Source: Antedon mediterranea
Lineage: Eukaryota > Animalia > Echinodermata
DNA length: 64,000 nucleotides
NCBI RefSeq assembly: GCF_964355755.1
Contig: NC_092677.1
Coordinates: forward strand, 6,780,101 to 6,844,100
Direction of reading: 5' to 3'
Part shown: in pieces, positions 11,570-22,540 of the stretch
Numbering within the stretch: the first letter of the stretch is position 1
Layout: the number at the start of each line of letters is the position of its first letter
Translations under genes and position numbers: made by a program
Notes under the pieces: generated by a model
The model's database searches: none
Told to the model about the DNA's origin: nothing
Seen by the model: only the letters and a program-made list of their open reading frames with translations

Positions 11570-14038
11570 CCGTAAATTTTCTAAATAGTAACCCACCTTC
11601 TAATATTAACCCACGTTCTAATGGTAACCCACGTTCTAATGGTAACCCACGTTCTAATGGTAACCCACGTTCTAATGGTAACCCACGTTCTAATGGTAAC
11701 CCACGTTCTAATGGTAACCCACGTTCTAATGGTAACCCACGTTCTAATGGTAACCCACCTTCTAATGGTAACCCACCTTCTAATGGTAACCCACCTTCTA
11801 ATGGTAACCCACCTTCTAATGGTAACCCACCTTCTAATGGTAACCCACCTTCTAATGGTAACCCACCTTCTAATGGTAAACCCACCTTCTAATGGTAAAC
11901 CCACCTTCTAATGGTAACCCCACCTTCTAATGGTAACCCCACCTTCTAATGGTAACCCCACCTTCTAATGGTAACCCCACCTTCTAATGGTAACCCCACC
12001 TTCTAATGGTAACCCCACCTTCTAATGGTAACCCCACCTTCTAATGGTAACCCCACCTTCTAATGGTAACCCCACCTTCTAATGGTAACCCCACCTTCTA
12101 ATGGTAACCCCACCTTCTAATGGTAACCCCACCTTCTAATGGTAACCCACCTTCTAATGGTAACCCACCTTCTAATGGTAACCCACCTTCTAATGGTAAC
12201 CCACCTTCTAATGGTAACCCACCTTCTAATGGTAACCCACCTTCTAATGGTAACCCACCTTCTAATGGTAACCCACCTTCTAATGGTAACCCACCTTCTA
12301 ATGGTAACCCACCTTCTAATGGTAACCCACCTTCTAATGGTAACCCACCTTCTAATGGTAACCCACCTTCTAATAGTAACCCACCTTCTAATAGTAACCC
12401 ACCTTCTAATAGTAACCCACCTTCTAATAGTAACCCACCTTCTAATAGTAACCCACCTTCTAATAGTAACCCACCTTCTAATAGTAACCCACCTTCTAAT
12501 AGTAATCCACCTTCTAATAGTAACCCACCTTCTAATAGTAACCCACCTTCTAATGGTAACCCATCTTCTAATGGTAACCCACCTTCTAATGGTAACCCAC
12601 CTTCTAATGGTAACCCACCTTCTAATAGTAACCCACCTTCTAATAGTAACCCACCTTCTAATAGTAACCCACCTTCTAATAGTAAACTACCTTCTAATAG
12701 TAACCCACCTTCTAATAGTAACCCACCTTCTAATAGTAACCCACCTTCTAATATTAACCCACCTTCTAATAGTAACCCACCTTCTAAGTCAATCTATAAT
12801 AATAAACCCACTACTCTAATAGTAACCCATGTCTAATAGTAACAAAAACTATTGACAAAATGACGTTTATGAAGACTGGTCGTTTATGATGTAGCCGTAT
12901 TTCGAAAACAATTAGATAATGCATGTTTCAATAAAATTCAACTTAACATTTATTTCTTCCTTCAAGAAAATGAGGTAAACATAACAAATTCCAGTAAAAT
13001 ATATAACAAGTCACTTGATGATAAAAAAAAGTTGATCTCGGGAGTGGGGAAGATTGAGTGTTTTTGAGTTTATAAAATAAAGTTAGAGTTCAAACAAATT
13101 TATTTATTGGTACCGTTTTATTATTTTGCTATGATTTGCTGACCGGAAAAGTTGGTGTTGGTTACTATTTTCAGGTGCTTAATTTAAGATTAATATAATA
13201 ATAACCCACTACTCTAATAGTAACCCCCCTTCTAATAGTAACCCACCTTCTAATAGTAACCCACCTTCTAATAGTAACCCACCTTCTAATAGTAACCCAC
13301 CTTCTAATGGTAACCCACCTTCTAATAGTAACCCACCTTCTAATAGTAACCCACCTTCTAATGGTAACCCACGTTCTAATGGTAACCCACCTTCTAATGG
13401 TAACCCACCTTCTAATGGTAACCCACCTTCTAATGGTAACCCACCTTCTAATAGTAACCCACCTTCTAATAGTAACCCACCTTCTAATAGTAACCCCCTT
13501 CTAATAGTAACCCACCTTCTAATAGTAACCCACCTTCTAATAGTAACCCACCTTCTAATAGTAACCCACCTTCTAATAGTAACCCCCTTCTAATAGTAAC
13601 TCCGCTTCTAATAGTAACCCACCTTCTAATAGTAACCCACCTTCTAATAGTAACTCACCTTCTAATAGTAACCCCCTTCTAATAGTAACTCCGCTTCTAA
13701 TAGTAACCCACCTTCTAATAGTAACCCACCTTCTAATAGTAACCCCCTTCTAATAGTAACTCCGCTTCTAATAGTAACCCACCTTCTAATAGTAACCCAC
13801 CTTCTAATAGTAACCCACTACTCTAATAGTAACCCACTACTCTAATAGTAACCCCCCTTCTAATAGTAACCCACCTTCTAATAGTAATCCACCTTCTAAT
13901 AGTAACCCCCCTTCTAATAGTAACCCACCTTCTAATAGTAACCCACCTTCTAATGGTAACCCACCTTCTAATGGTAACCCACCCAAAAAAACAATCAAAG
14001 AATAATAAACCCAGGGGTACAAATTAGAAGATTTACAG
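11570..14038. mobile_element. TA-flanked non-autonomous DNA transposon (Tc1/mariner-pogo-like MITE) inflated by 18/19-bp minisatellite arrays
   Basis: ta|CCGTAAATTTTCTAAATAGTAACCC ... GGGGTACAAATTAGAAGATTTACAG|ta imperfect TIRs; arrays of CCACCTTCTAATRGTAAC at about 11585-12786 and 13200-13982 around a unique core of about 360 bp. Confidence 0.8.
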
Positions 14039-15164
14039 TAAATATGTTTAATTCTGATGAAATCACTCCAAACTCTTGTGATACTATGTGTAAATAAATA
14101 CAAATTATTAACTTGAATAAAAAGAATTTTTGAAGAACAGATTGAATATAAAAGCATATTCAGTATGAAATCAAAATATTAATAATTTGAATTAAATTGA
14201 ATTCAAATGGGGTCAAAAGTCTAGATAGTAATTTATTTTTCATTCCATATTAAAAAACATATGGCAATTTATTTTCATAGAATTGACACTGATATATGAA
14301 TATATTGCCCTATACGTTTATATGCTATATTCCTTGAAATTGATGTCTCAAAGGAGGATATATTTTTTGCATGAAAATTAAAGATAAGTTTATCTTTACA
14401 ATAAAAAATAATGATATTCTTTATTCTATCAAAACTTGTGTCTCCACAAAACATAATTTTACAGGAGGGCTTGTTTTTGTATCTTGTGCGTGTAAATGCG
14501 TAATAAATTGGAAAAATGCCACAGATTCCAGTGGAATATTAAAAATAAATAAACAAAACATTTGAATTATGTGCAGTAAGAAGGAAATCTGTAAGAGCTA
14601 TGCGATTTAAGCTAAACTTTTTGAATGTTCCTGTATTGTATTTCTTGTGTAAATTGCCTCCTTTTTTATATATAATTATTATTGGTTTTATACTTTTATA
14701 CAAATTTTAATATTGAGAAAATGTAAATATCTTTGTAATTCAGCTAAGGCTGCGATGATGATATTGAAATAAATGAAATGAAATGAAAAAAAAAGAGTGA
14801 CAAAGAGAAGAAAAAGTTGTTCCAAACTGAGATTCGAACTTCGAATTGATATGCAACTATTAGACCACTGAGGCCTTCATGGAATGGTTCAAATTCGAAA
14901 CTCAACAATAGGGAGCATTAACTATACATAATATATATTTCATAAACTCCTATCAATTTGTATGTGTACAGGATTGTACAGTAGTAATTCTGCTTAAACA
15001 TAGACCATGTTTTTTCTACTAGGCGAATTTATTAGCACGAAATCACCACAGTATTTATACTTTAATCTTCCATATGCCCTTCTGCAACAAATTTAGTTTT
15101 AACATTTTCTACTTTATGCACAACAAATCGGTCAGAAAATTTGAGTACTCATGAAAAACAGGTG

Positions 15165-15416
15165 ATTTTTTTATTCCCATTTTAGGCAAATTGCCAAGAA
15201 GGATAACCACAAGTGAATTCATTCACTATCCTTCTCAAAGGTGGTAATCCCATTCACAAGACAAACATATACACAAGATGCTGTACATAAAACAAAGTTT
15301 TGGGAGTAGAGTTGCAAATTGTCATGAGAAAAAATCCTGACATATGATAGGACTTGAACCCAGGACTCTTGGATTGGTAGCCAAGCATCATAACCACCAA
15401 GCCACAACTCCACTCT
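15165..15416 (-). mobile_element. tRNA-derived SINE
   Basis: Minus strand A box TGGCTTGGTGG, B box GGTTCAAGTCC; its 3' part (GAATTCACTTGTGGT..CTTGGCAATTTGCCTAAAA..AATAAAA) recurs on the plus strand at about 21860-21925. Confidence 0.65.
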
Positions 15417-15506
15417 CGCAAAGTCTCGTAATGCAAAATTAAAATCGCAAGAATTCGCTTACTGTAAAATGTTTTTAACGTAAAAAATCTTTCAGAAATA
15501 CATTAC

Positions 15507-15650
15507 CTGAATTTTATAGAAAGTGGAATGGTATAAATAAAAGCATTAATTTGGAAAACCCAGATAAAGAAGAGACGAAAATGCTCAAACATCTCCAGCA
15601 TAAAGTACCAGAACAGACCCACGTTTGGCTGCAGGTTTCCAACTGACAAA
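15507..15650 (-). CDS. PIGU: PIGU exon (144 nt)
   Basis: [47 protein letters not shown] contains the PIG-U signature PN.GL.WYF..EMF.HF..FF; canonical splice sites. Confidence 0.97.
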
Positions 15651-15843
15651 CTAAAAAAAAAAATAGTATGTAAAAATATTACATTAGAATAGAAAACGAC
15701 CTAATAACGTAGCGAGTGAGTTGACAAAGTGACAGTTTGGTTGATATCTATGCGTCGTGATTGGTTAGATTAGTTTTGGCGCACTTACGACCTCGCGTTC
15801 AATTGGGAACCCTTACTAAAGGGACATCTTAGGGGCCAAACAA

Positions 15844-15993
15844 GTGTCCACTGAATAGGAGTGTCCACTTAATAGGAGTGTCCACTGAATAGGAGTGTCC
15901 ACTGAATAGGAGTGTCCACTGAATAGGAGTGTCCACTGAATAGGAGTGTCCACTGAATAGGAGTGTCCACTGAATAGGAGTGTCTACTGAATA
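15844..15993. repeat. 17-bp minisatellite (GTGTCCACTGAATAGGA), about 9 copies, inside a degenerate MITE (about 15805-16190)
   Basis: Exact 17-bp period; flanked by GGAACCCTTACTAAAGGGACA and GTGTACCCTGAATAGGAGTGTTCTAAGGAAAGGGTTT ends. Confidence 0.85.
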
Positions 15994-16443
15994 GTACTGA
16001 AATTGGCCATAGTATTAAAAGAAAACATACAGTATATTGCCACTTATTTTATTTATTTTATTTTATTTATTTTATTTTATTTATTTTATTCAGTTGTCAA
16101 CAAACAGCGATGAAACCGCCACTAACAGGTTGTATTTTTTCACAAGATAGTGTACCCTGAATAGGAGTGTTCTAAGGAAAGGGTTTTACCAAGTTTGTAA
16201 TACTAAAAAGAGAAAAAAAAAACTGAAAAAAATTAACCGCTGTATAAGCAAACTATCAAATTATACAGTTCAACGATCTAGGCTAATGCTTTTATCACAA
16301 ATGGCTCTGAATGTTTAACGCATAACGCTTATACTACCTCCGACATTACGGATGGTAATGACCCTGAAAAGAACATTCCACTTTAATTGTTCAGTGTAGA
16401 CCCAAATGTTTATAGAAAGGATTAACAATGTTTGTATACTTAC

Positions 16444-16598
16444 ATAAAGCCGTATGTAGAGAATAGAAAATCCCAACTTTCTAGTAAGCTGTAGGAAAGG
16501 TACATGAGAAATGATGCCCAGAAAATGAAACATAGTCCTGTTTTGCAACATGACTTCCAGAACTTTGCATCATCAAAGAAAACAGACACATCTTTTTG
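16444..16598 (-). CDS. PIGU: PIGU exon (155 nt)
   Basis: QKDVSVFFDDAKFWKSCCKTGLCFIFWASFLMYLSYSLLESWDFLFSTYGF resembles vertebrate SWDFIPAVYGFI; ttgcacag/gtaagt boundaries. Confidence 0.92.
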
Positions 16599-17584
16599 CT
16601 GTGCAAAAAAATTAAAAAAACAAAATCTATGTTAATTATGGTTAATGGCTACAGGTCTGTATACAAAAAAATAAGATGTGGGGTTGAGCTTAACACATGT
16701 CCTCTTAATACAAGTTTCCCTTGAATAGGTGTTGATACATATTCTTTACATTCTTATTACAATTCTAATTTGCATATTAACAAACAGGTGGTGGTTTTAA
16801 ACTCATCAAAAAATGTGAAATGAATATTCGGCTCTGTTTTCTTCCAACAAACGTGCAGAAAAACAAGATGAAATGAAGAAGAACGAAAGAAGGGAAAGGA
16901 GGTGAAATGTAATAATGAGAAAAAAAAAATCTGTAGTTTTTTAAGTTCTGATAATTTGAAAGCTTTTATTTAAAAGAGACAAGCGTATTCGATCCACCTT
17001 TCACAACCATACGGTTCCTTTTGACTGTCTTCCATCCCAAAACGTAAGCTCACTATTGTCTCCTCGATAACATATTTAAACGCCCATGCCCGACTTGCAA
17101 AAGTACAGTTCAAAATTGTATTACATTAATATATTAAAAATATCATTTTATAATTTAAAGGTTAAATAATGAATAAGAATGACACGACTGCTTATGTTAA
17201 TATTTATGGACAAATTATGCATTGCAACAAATAAAATTAAACTTGTAATTATGGTTGCACGCAAGGCAAAAATAATTTAATCTATCTTCTCAAGCATATG
17301 AGATATTGGAATTATGCCAAATTTTATGTTTAGAATCGATGTTGAAAATAAAAAAAAGAAAAATAAAACCATAAAAAGTAATGAACAGAAGGTAGTAATT
17401 AGGAATAAAGAAAACCAACAAGAAAATCTATATATAAATTTAGAAACTGAGAAATACAGAAATTGACTGAGAGTGCGCAATTTATTATTTCAGCTTGTGT
17501 TTATTATAAAGATATAACACAAGGTTTTAATAAGCTTTTTTGATGTCATCAAATTTCATAAAAATGTTCTGTTGGAAACTGTAC

Positions 17585-17652
17585 ATTAAAAAAAATGACA
17601 ATTTTGTAGGTATCAGTGGCTGGATCTCAATGAAGATACAAAAAAAAAGCAA
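17585..17652 (-). mobile_element. Fragment of the same Penelope-like end as 58358-58425, without the ribozyme
   Basis: Reverse complement GCTTTTT..TGTATCTTCATTGAGATCCAGCCACTGATACCTACAAAATTGTCATTTTTTT matches 58358-58425. Confidence 0.75.
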
Positions 17653-17732
17653 AAAGCTAAATTATTTTAGAATATTGCCTTTCCAAGATTCTAACTCAGA
17701 CTTGAGAAAGAGACAACTGTACTATTTGATAT

Positions 17733-17990
17733 TTGGTATTTCAAATTGATTTGACACAAACATAGAAAGTAAGTAGAAGGACTGAACCATGTCACCTAGA
17801 TTTAATAAGGAGACGCTCTACCATTAAACCAGGGGAGCCTACATGGTATTTCAAATTGACTTGACACAAACATAGAAGGTAGAGGTAGAAGGACTGAACC
17901 ATGTCACCAAGACTTGATAAGGAGACGCTCTACCATTAAACCACTGGAGCCTACATGGTATTTCAAATTGACTTGACACACAGAAGGTAT
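17733..17990 (-). repeat. Tandem duplication (about 110-bp unit, 2.3 copies) carrying a degenerate tRNA-like head
   Basis: TGGTATTTCAAATTGAYTTGACACA occurs three times; minus strand GGCTCC..TGGTTTAATGGTAGAGCG...GGTTCAGTCC resembles A and B boxes. Confidence 0.7.
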
Positions 17991-18258
17991 AGTCAGTGAA
18001 CTATGACATGCTGATGGATTACCATCCATTGAAGGGTGTATATTAGGTGTTACATACAAATGTGAATCCATTATTTTTATGTGTACATGGAACGGACAGA
18101 TATCGCATGACAATCGAACGCTATAATTTGTTTTTAATAGTCAAAAGATTTGTTTTAGAAGGAAGAAATTGTGATTGATGAGAAGAGCAAGATAAAAAGA
18201 ATGATAAAGAGGAAACTAATGGAAGAGAAAAGGAAACAAGAAGTCAATTGCAATAAAT

Positions 18259-18518
18259 TAATGTTTATGAGTTGAATGGGGGGAATATTTTCATGAAGCG
18301 GAAGATTTTTTAGTACTAGTCAGGCTTTTAATGAATGAAAATATTCTTTCCATTCAAAAATAACAAAACATCCATCACTTGATGGCCTGTACCATTCACA
18401 TAATCTATTGCATGCTAACAATTCTATTCAATGGTTCTATTGCATGTTCACCTTGTGCTATAAACAAATATTGAATGGGGCAAAATTTTCTTTCCATTCA
18501 ACTCATAGGCATTCATTA
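18259..18518. mobile_element. MITE-like element
   Basis: Inverted ends AATGTTTATGAGTTGAATGG / CCATTCAACTCATAGGCATT with internal copies of the same motif. Confidence 0.6.
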
Positions 18519-19017
18519 TTTGTTACCACTGTTCTAAGGTAAACTTTTATTCAATGAACCCACCATAGGTCATGAAAAAGGCAGGGCTCTGATATTGGCT
18601 GCAGAGTACACTCCACACACTGCAGGTTGATCTTCAAATGCATACACAGCAGGTTTTGTAAGGTAATTGTTATTTTACAAATTGCGTACAGTAGAATTTG
18701 TAAAATAACTTTTATTCTATTACTCCCTGCTTATAGTCACTAGCACAAAATTATCAATAGTTTTGCAAAAAGCTGATGTAAATAGTACCATGTAATATAG
18801 AATCATTAAAATGCAGAACAAGGACATATAGATGGCTGCAATCACATGCTCAAATTTGAGTTAGTGTTTACTGATCAACATAGTGAAAATTATAAATTAA
18901 TACTGAATGGCATACTATTAAATCTAAGATTTCATTGACCTTTAATTCATTATCTCAAAAACCACCATAACAACTAAACAATAAATAAATAATTAACTTA
19001 TTTAAAACAAATAATAC

Positions 19018-19121
19018 CTCTTGTCTGGCAACATGAATTGCACATGGAACAAGGAGCATCACAGGATACAAAGACTGGTACGCTGCTAATGCAATTGCGA
19101 GTGTAGCGCCTGCACGCCGAC
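19018..19121 (-). CDS. PIGU: PIGU exon (104 nt); most 5' PIGU exon identified
   Basis: RRAGATLAIALAAYQSLYPVMLLVPCAIHVARQE resembles vertebrate LALATYQSLYP; tctttcag acceptor (phase 1), GAG|gtatta donor. Confidence 0.92.
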
Positions 19122-19665
19122 CTGAAAGATACAAAAACATCCATCTAAACATTTCTTATTTTCTCTTTTCTTTCTTTTTATATTAAAAATTAAAACAATT
19201 ACATTAGTACTCGTCATCTTTCCAATATGTTTCAACTATTTGTGTCATTCTGATGGGTTGCAGATAGAAAAAATTAGTTTTCAACGTAACTTATGCAGTT
19301 GTTTATTGCCTATGTTGCTGCTGATATGTTTCAGAGCGGGTTTCTTTACAAAATTTAAAGATGGAATAGAGGCCAGTGTACACCTTTAACACAGTCACCC
19401 AAACTGTTTCATGCGGTCAACCTAAAGCACAAACACCGAGCTGATTTGCAGCTTAATCTTCTCAGGTTGATGAACTACAGACCTTGCGATCAGAAGGCAA
19501 GCATGTTAACCAACAAGTTACATCTTCACTACACTACAATTTAGTTTAAATAAAGCTCGATTGCAGTTAAGTTCTTCTCAGGTTTGTCAACTTGGAGGAA
19601 AATGGTAATGTGAACAATTAATTTGCACTTTCTATATTTTAAGCATTTATGTAAATTATAAAAAC

Positions 19666-20118
19666 AGATACACCCATACTGCGTTGAAACACCGGTTCAC
19701 GTCAGATCACCGAAATTAAGCAACGTTGGGCCCGGTTGCATTCTGGATGGGAGACCATCTAGAAATCGCGGTGGGTGCTGTATATACCGGAGAGTAATGG
19801 TGTAATGGTAATATCGGACAAGCATGTGATAGACATGGGTTCAAGGTTATCTGTACCATACTAAATGCATCCTTAGGCAAGATGCTTTACTCTCATTGCC
19901 TCGTCCTTCGGATGGGATGTAAAGCTGTTGGTCCCGTGTATTTAACAGTGCACGTTAGAGAACTTGGTACACTATTCGAAAAGAGTAGGGGATTGTCGCC
20001 CTGTGTGCTGATCTGGTAGGCGCTGCACTGCTGGCTGCCGTGGGTCCGTAGGGGGCCTAATCCGAATCTCCTCAGTTTCCAGTTAAGCTTGAGGACTAAG
20101 ATAATTACCATTACCTTT
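19666..20118 (+). mobile_element. Composite SINE: 5S rRNA-derived head + tRNA-like segment + CORE-like stretch + Deu/Nin domain + 3' tail
   Basis: 19666-19784 is 5S-like (CCATACTGCGTTGAAACACCGGTTCACGTCAGATCACCGAAATTAAGCAACG...GGATGGGAGACC); 19789-19858 has TGGTGTAATGG and GGTTCAAG; then CCTTAGGCAAGATGCTTTACTCTCATTGCCTC and GTCCTTCGGATGGGATGTAAA..GCACGTTAGAGAAC..ACTATTCGAAAAGAGTAGGGG (Deu-like). Confidence 0.85.
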
Positions 20119-21479
20119 AATTTTAAATACTCTCTTGTTTATAAATTTCACATGATGTTTTAGTGTTTTTTATCACTGGAGATTGTTGTAGTCTAAAGAG
20201 TGTCTATATCCTGTTGTTTTATGGAGAATGGATTCCGGCATTTTCTCCGATTTGAATCGCTACATACTGAATAAAAATTTAACAGTACAACTATACCTTT
20301 CCAGACACCAACCCGGTAATATATAGTTCCATTCAGTTACTCACATCATCAGGTGCCCACATTCTCTTAATACCAAGCATGCATCCACTATCAGAATAGT
20401 AGTATTAAGACGAACAACAAAACAGATTTAGTAGTTTTCTAGCCCACCAAACGAAGTTCCTTACAGTTTTACCCATTCATTTTCACCAGACAGTAGATCT
20501 ATATTAGGGGATACCTTAATCCAATCAAAAGTCCTTTTCATGGTCTATAGCCTGAACCGATATTGCACCTCATTTGTTTCATGTGAATTTGTCATAAAAG
20601 GTGCACCTTTTCCGAGAAGATGGGTTAAATCTTGGAATTTCCTGTCCAATGCTGTTGTAAAATTTATTATTAACTTAAAATCGGCACTTAACAAATTATG
20701 GCCTGACCACACCCACTGGAATTGTGCCCTATCTGAAATTATAATGTTTTTATTGATGTTTTACTTTCTTCTATTTTCAAGGAAAAATCCTGGGTTACAG
20801 CTTCTGAATATAAGTATCCAAATGAAGTGTTCTACTGTATAAAATAACAGCATCACATACAGAGACATAACATGCAGTACATTTACAGTATGAACACTTA
20901 CAACATTATTTTAGGCTATATCTAAAAAAAGACTAATTACCCCAATAAATAATTACTCTACAAAAACAACTTGCTCACCATTTTCACACCTTTTCTACGT
21001 TATCATCCCCTGTTCAAGTACAAGTCCAATCAAAAACAGACATTATGCTCAATCAAATGTACTATGTTACAACATACTTTCACAAAATTTCTTTTGTATG
21101 TGAACATCGATGTTGTATTAAATTAAATGTCAAGAAATTCTGGAAAGCAATTGGCTAAGTTCTAGGTCTCAATACATTATTTATAATGTGATTTAACATG
21201 TTTTATATTTCATAGTGTTCTATATTTAGTCTATGTTAACAAATTTTCTTAAGTCATTCGATAAACATTTGTGCGCTACAAGGCTTAACATGTGTCAACA
21301 GATTATGCATGGACGTTGCGAGCATGTTTTGAAAGATTTACATTTAGCTCAATATATTGTCAATTAAACAAAACAATGTGGACAAATTTTACCGGAAAAA
21401 CACAAATTTTTTATCTTCTTGATTTCATATGCATCCAACAGCGAGCAACTCGGCAATTACAGGATGGATCAACTATTTT

Positions 21480-21622
21480 ATAATTCATCGCTTATAAGTC
21501 TCATTTAAGGCATGTGGACTGGAAAGTTACAACCCTGGTACTAGGTCAGGATTGAACCCTGAACCCTGGGATTAGAAGGCAAGATGTTAACCACCAAGTA
21601 ACAGCTCCACTAAACTACAATT
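21480..21622 (-). mobile_element. tRNA-derived SINE head (related copy at about 19440-19540)
   Basis: Shared GATYAGAAGGCAAG..GTTAACCA.CAAGT.ACA..T.CACTA.ACTACAATT; B-box-like GGTTCAATCC on the minus strand. Confidence 0.55.
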
Positions 21623-22134
21623 CCATTAGAACTAAATTTTGTAAGTTACCTTTTCGTGAGCCAACTTCAGCTAGTGGAGTGGCTACAGGGCAAGATGCTA
21701 GGGCAAATAATATTGGGTATGAGGGACTACCTAAAACATTTTTCTAGAATCAAGGCCTTTTTTCACTTTGTACACTTCATGAATACATAATAAATTACCT
21801 AGTATATTTTATTTAATTACATTTTATTATTAAAAAACCACACAACTGGACACTAGAAATGAATGAATGAATTCACTTGTGGTAATCCTTGGCAATTTGC
21901 CTAAAAAATGAGAATAAAAAAAAAAGAAAGTTACCATTTCGTTTGTTATGTAATCTATTGCTTTAAAAAACAGGACCATATGTAAAACAGGTGCAAACTG
22001 ATATGTTTTTATCCTGTCTAAATATGTTTTTAAATAAATAAATAAACAGACCTATTCATGTCTTAACTACGCATATAAATGTACAATGAATATCCTGGGT
22101 TAGCGTAGTACTGCCTATTCAAATATCAAAAGAG

Positions 22135-22540
22135 TAAAGGTGAAAGTTATAGTATTATTCTGGTCCTCAAGTTTTAGGTTTGGCCCCTCCAGGGACTCGT
22201 GGCAACCAGCGGTGCAGCGCCTACAAGATCAGCATACCAAGTTCTTTAACGTGCAGTATATGTACACGGGACCAATGGCTTTACATTCCATCCGAAGGAT
22301 GAGGCAATGAGATTAAAGCATCTTAATAATAATAATAATATTTATTCGGCAAAAGTTCATAAAGTACATTTTACAATTCATCTTGCCAGGAGCAAGTAAT
22401 AGGCATGAGCCCAAACAGAAAACTGCTCTTACTCCATCTTGCCTAAGGATGCAATCAGTATAGTACAAAACCTTGCCTTTACGCCTATCACATTCTAGTC
22501 CTATATCATCATTACACATCAATCTCTGGTACAGCACACA
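22135..22540 (-). mobile_element. Second, 5'-truncated copy of the composite Deu/Nin SINE, inverted, interrupted by a 110-bp retroposon tail
   Basis: Reverse complement aligns with about 19775-20115; insert 22325-22434 flanked by CATCTT duplication (22319-22324, 22435-22440). Confidence 0.85.

Noticed and set aside
11535-14157. Long ORFs of PPSNGN, MVTHLL and LPLEGG repeats
   Set aside because: Translations of an 18-bp minisatellite inside a TIR element in a PIGU intron; open on both strands, with no unique coding flanks.
19666-19784. Functional 5S rRNA gene
   Set aside because: Diverged ends, no oligo-T terminator, and it runs into a SINE body that has other copies in the window.
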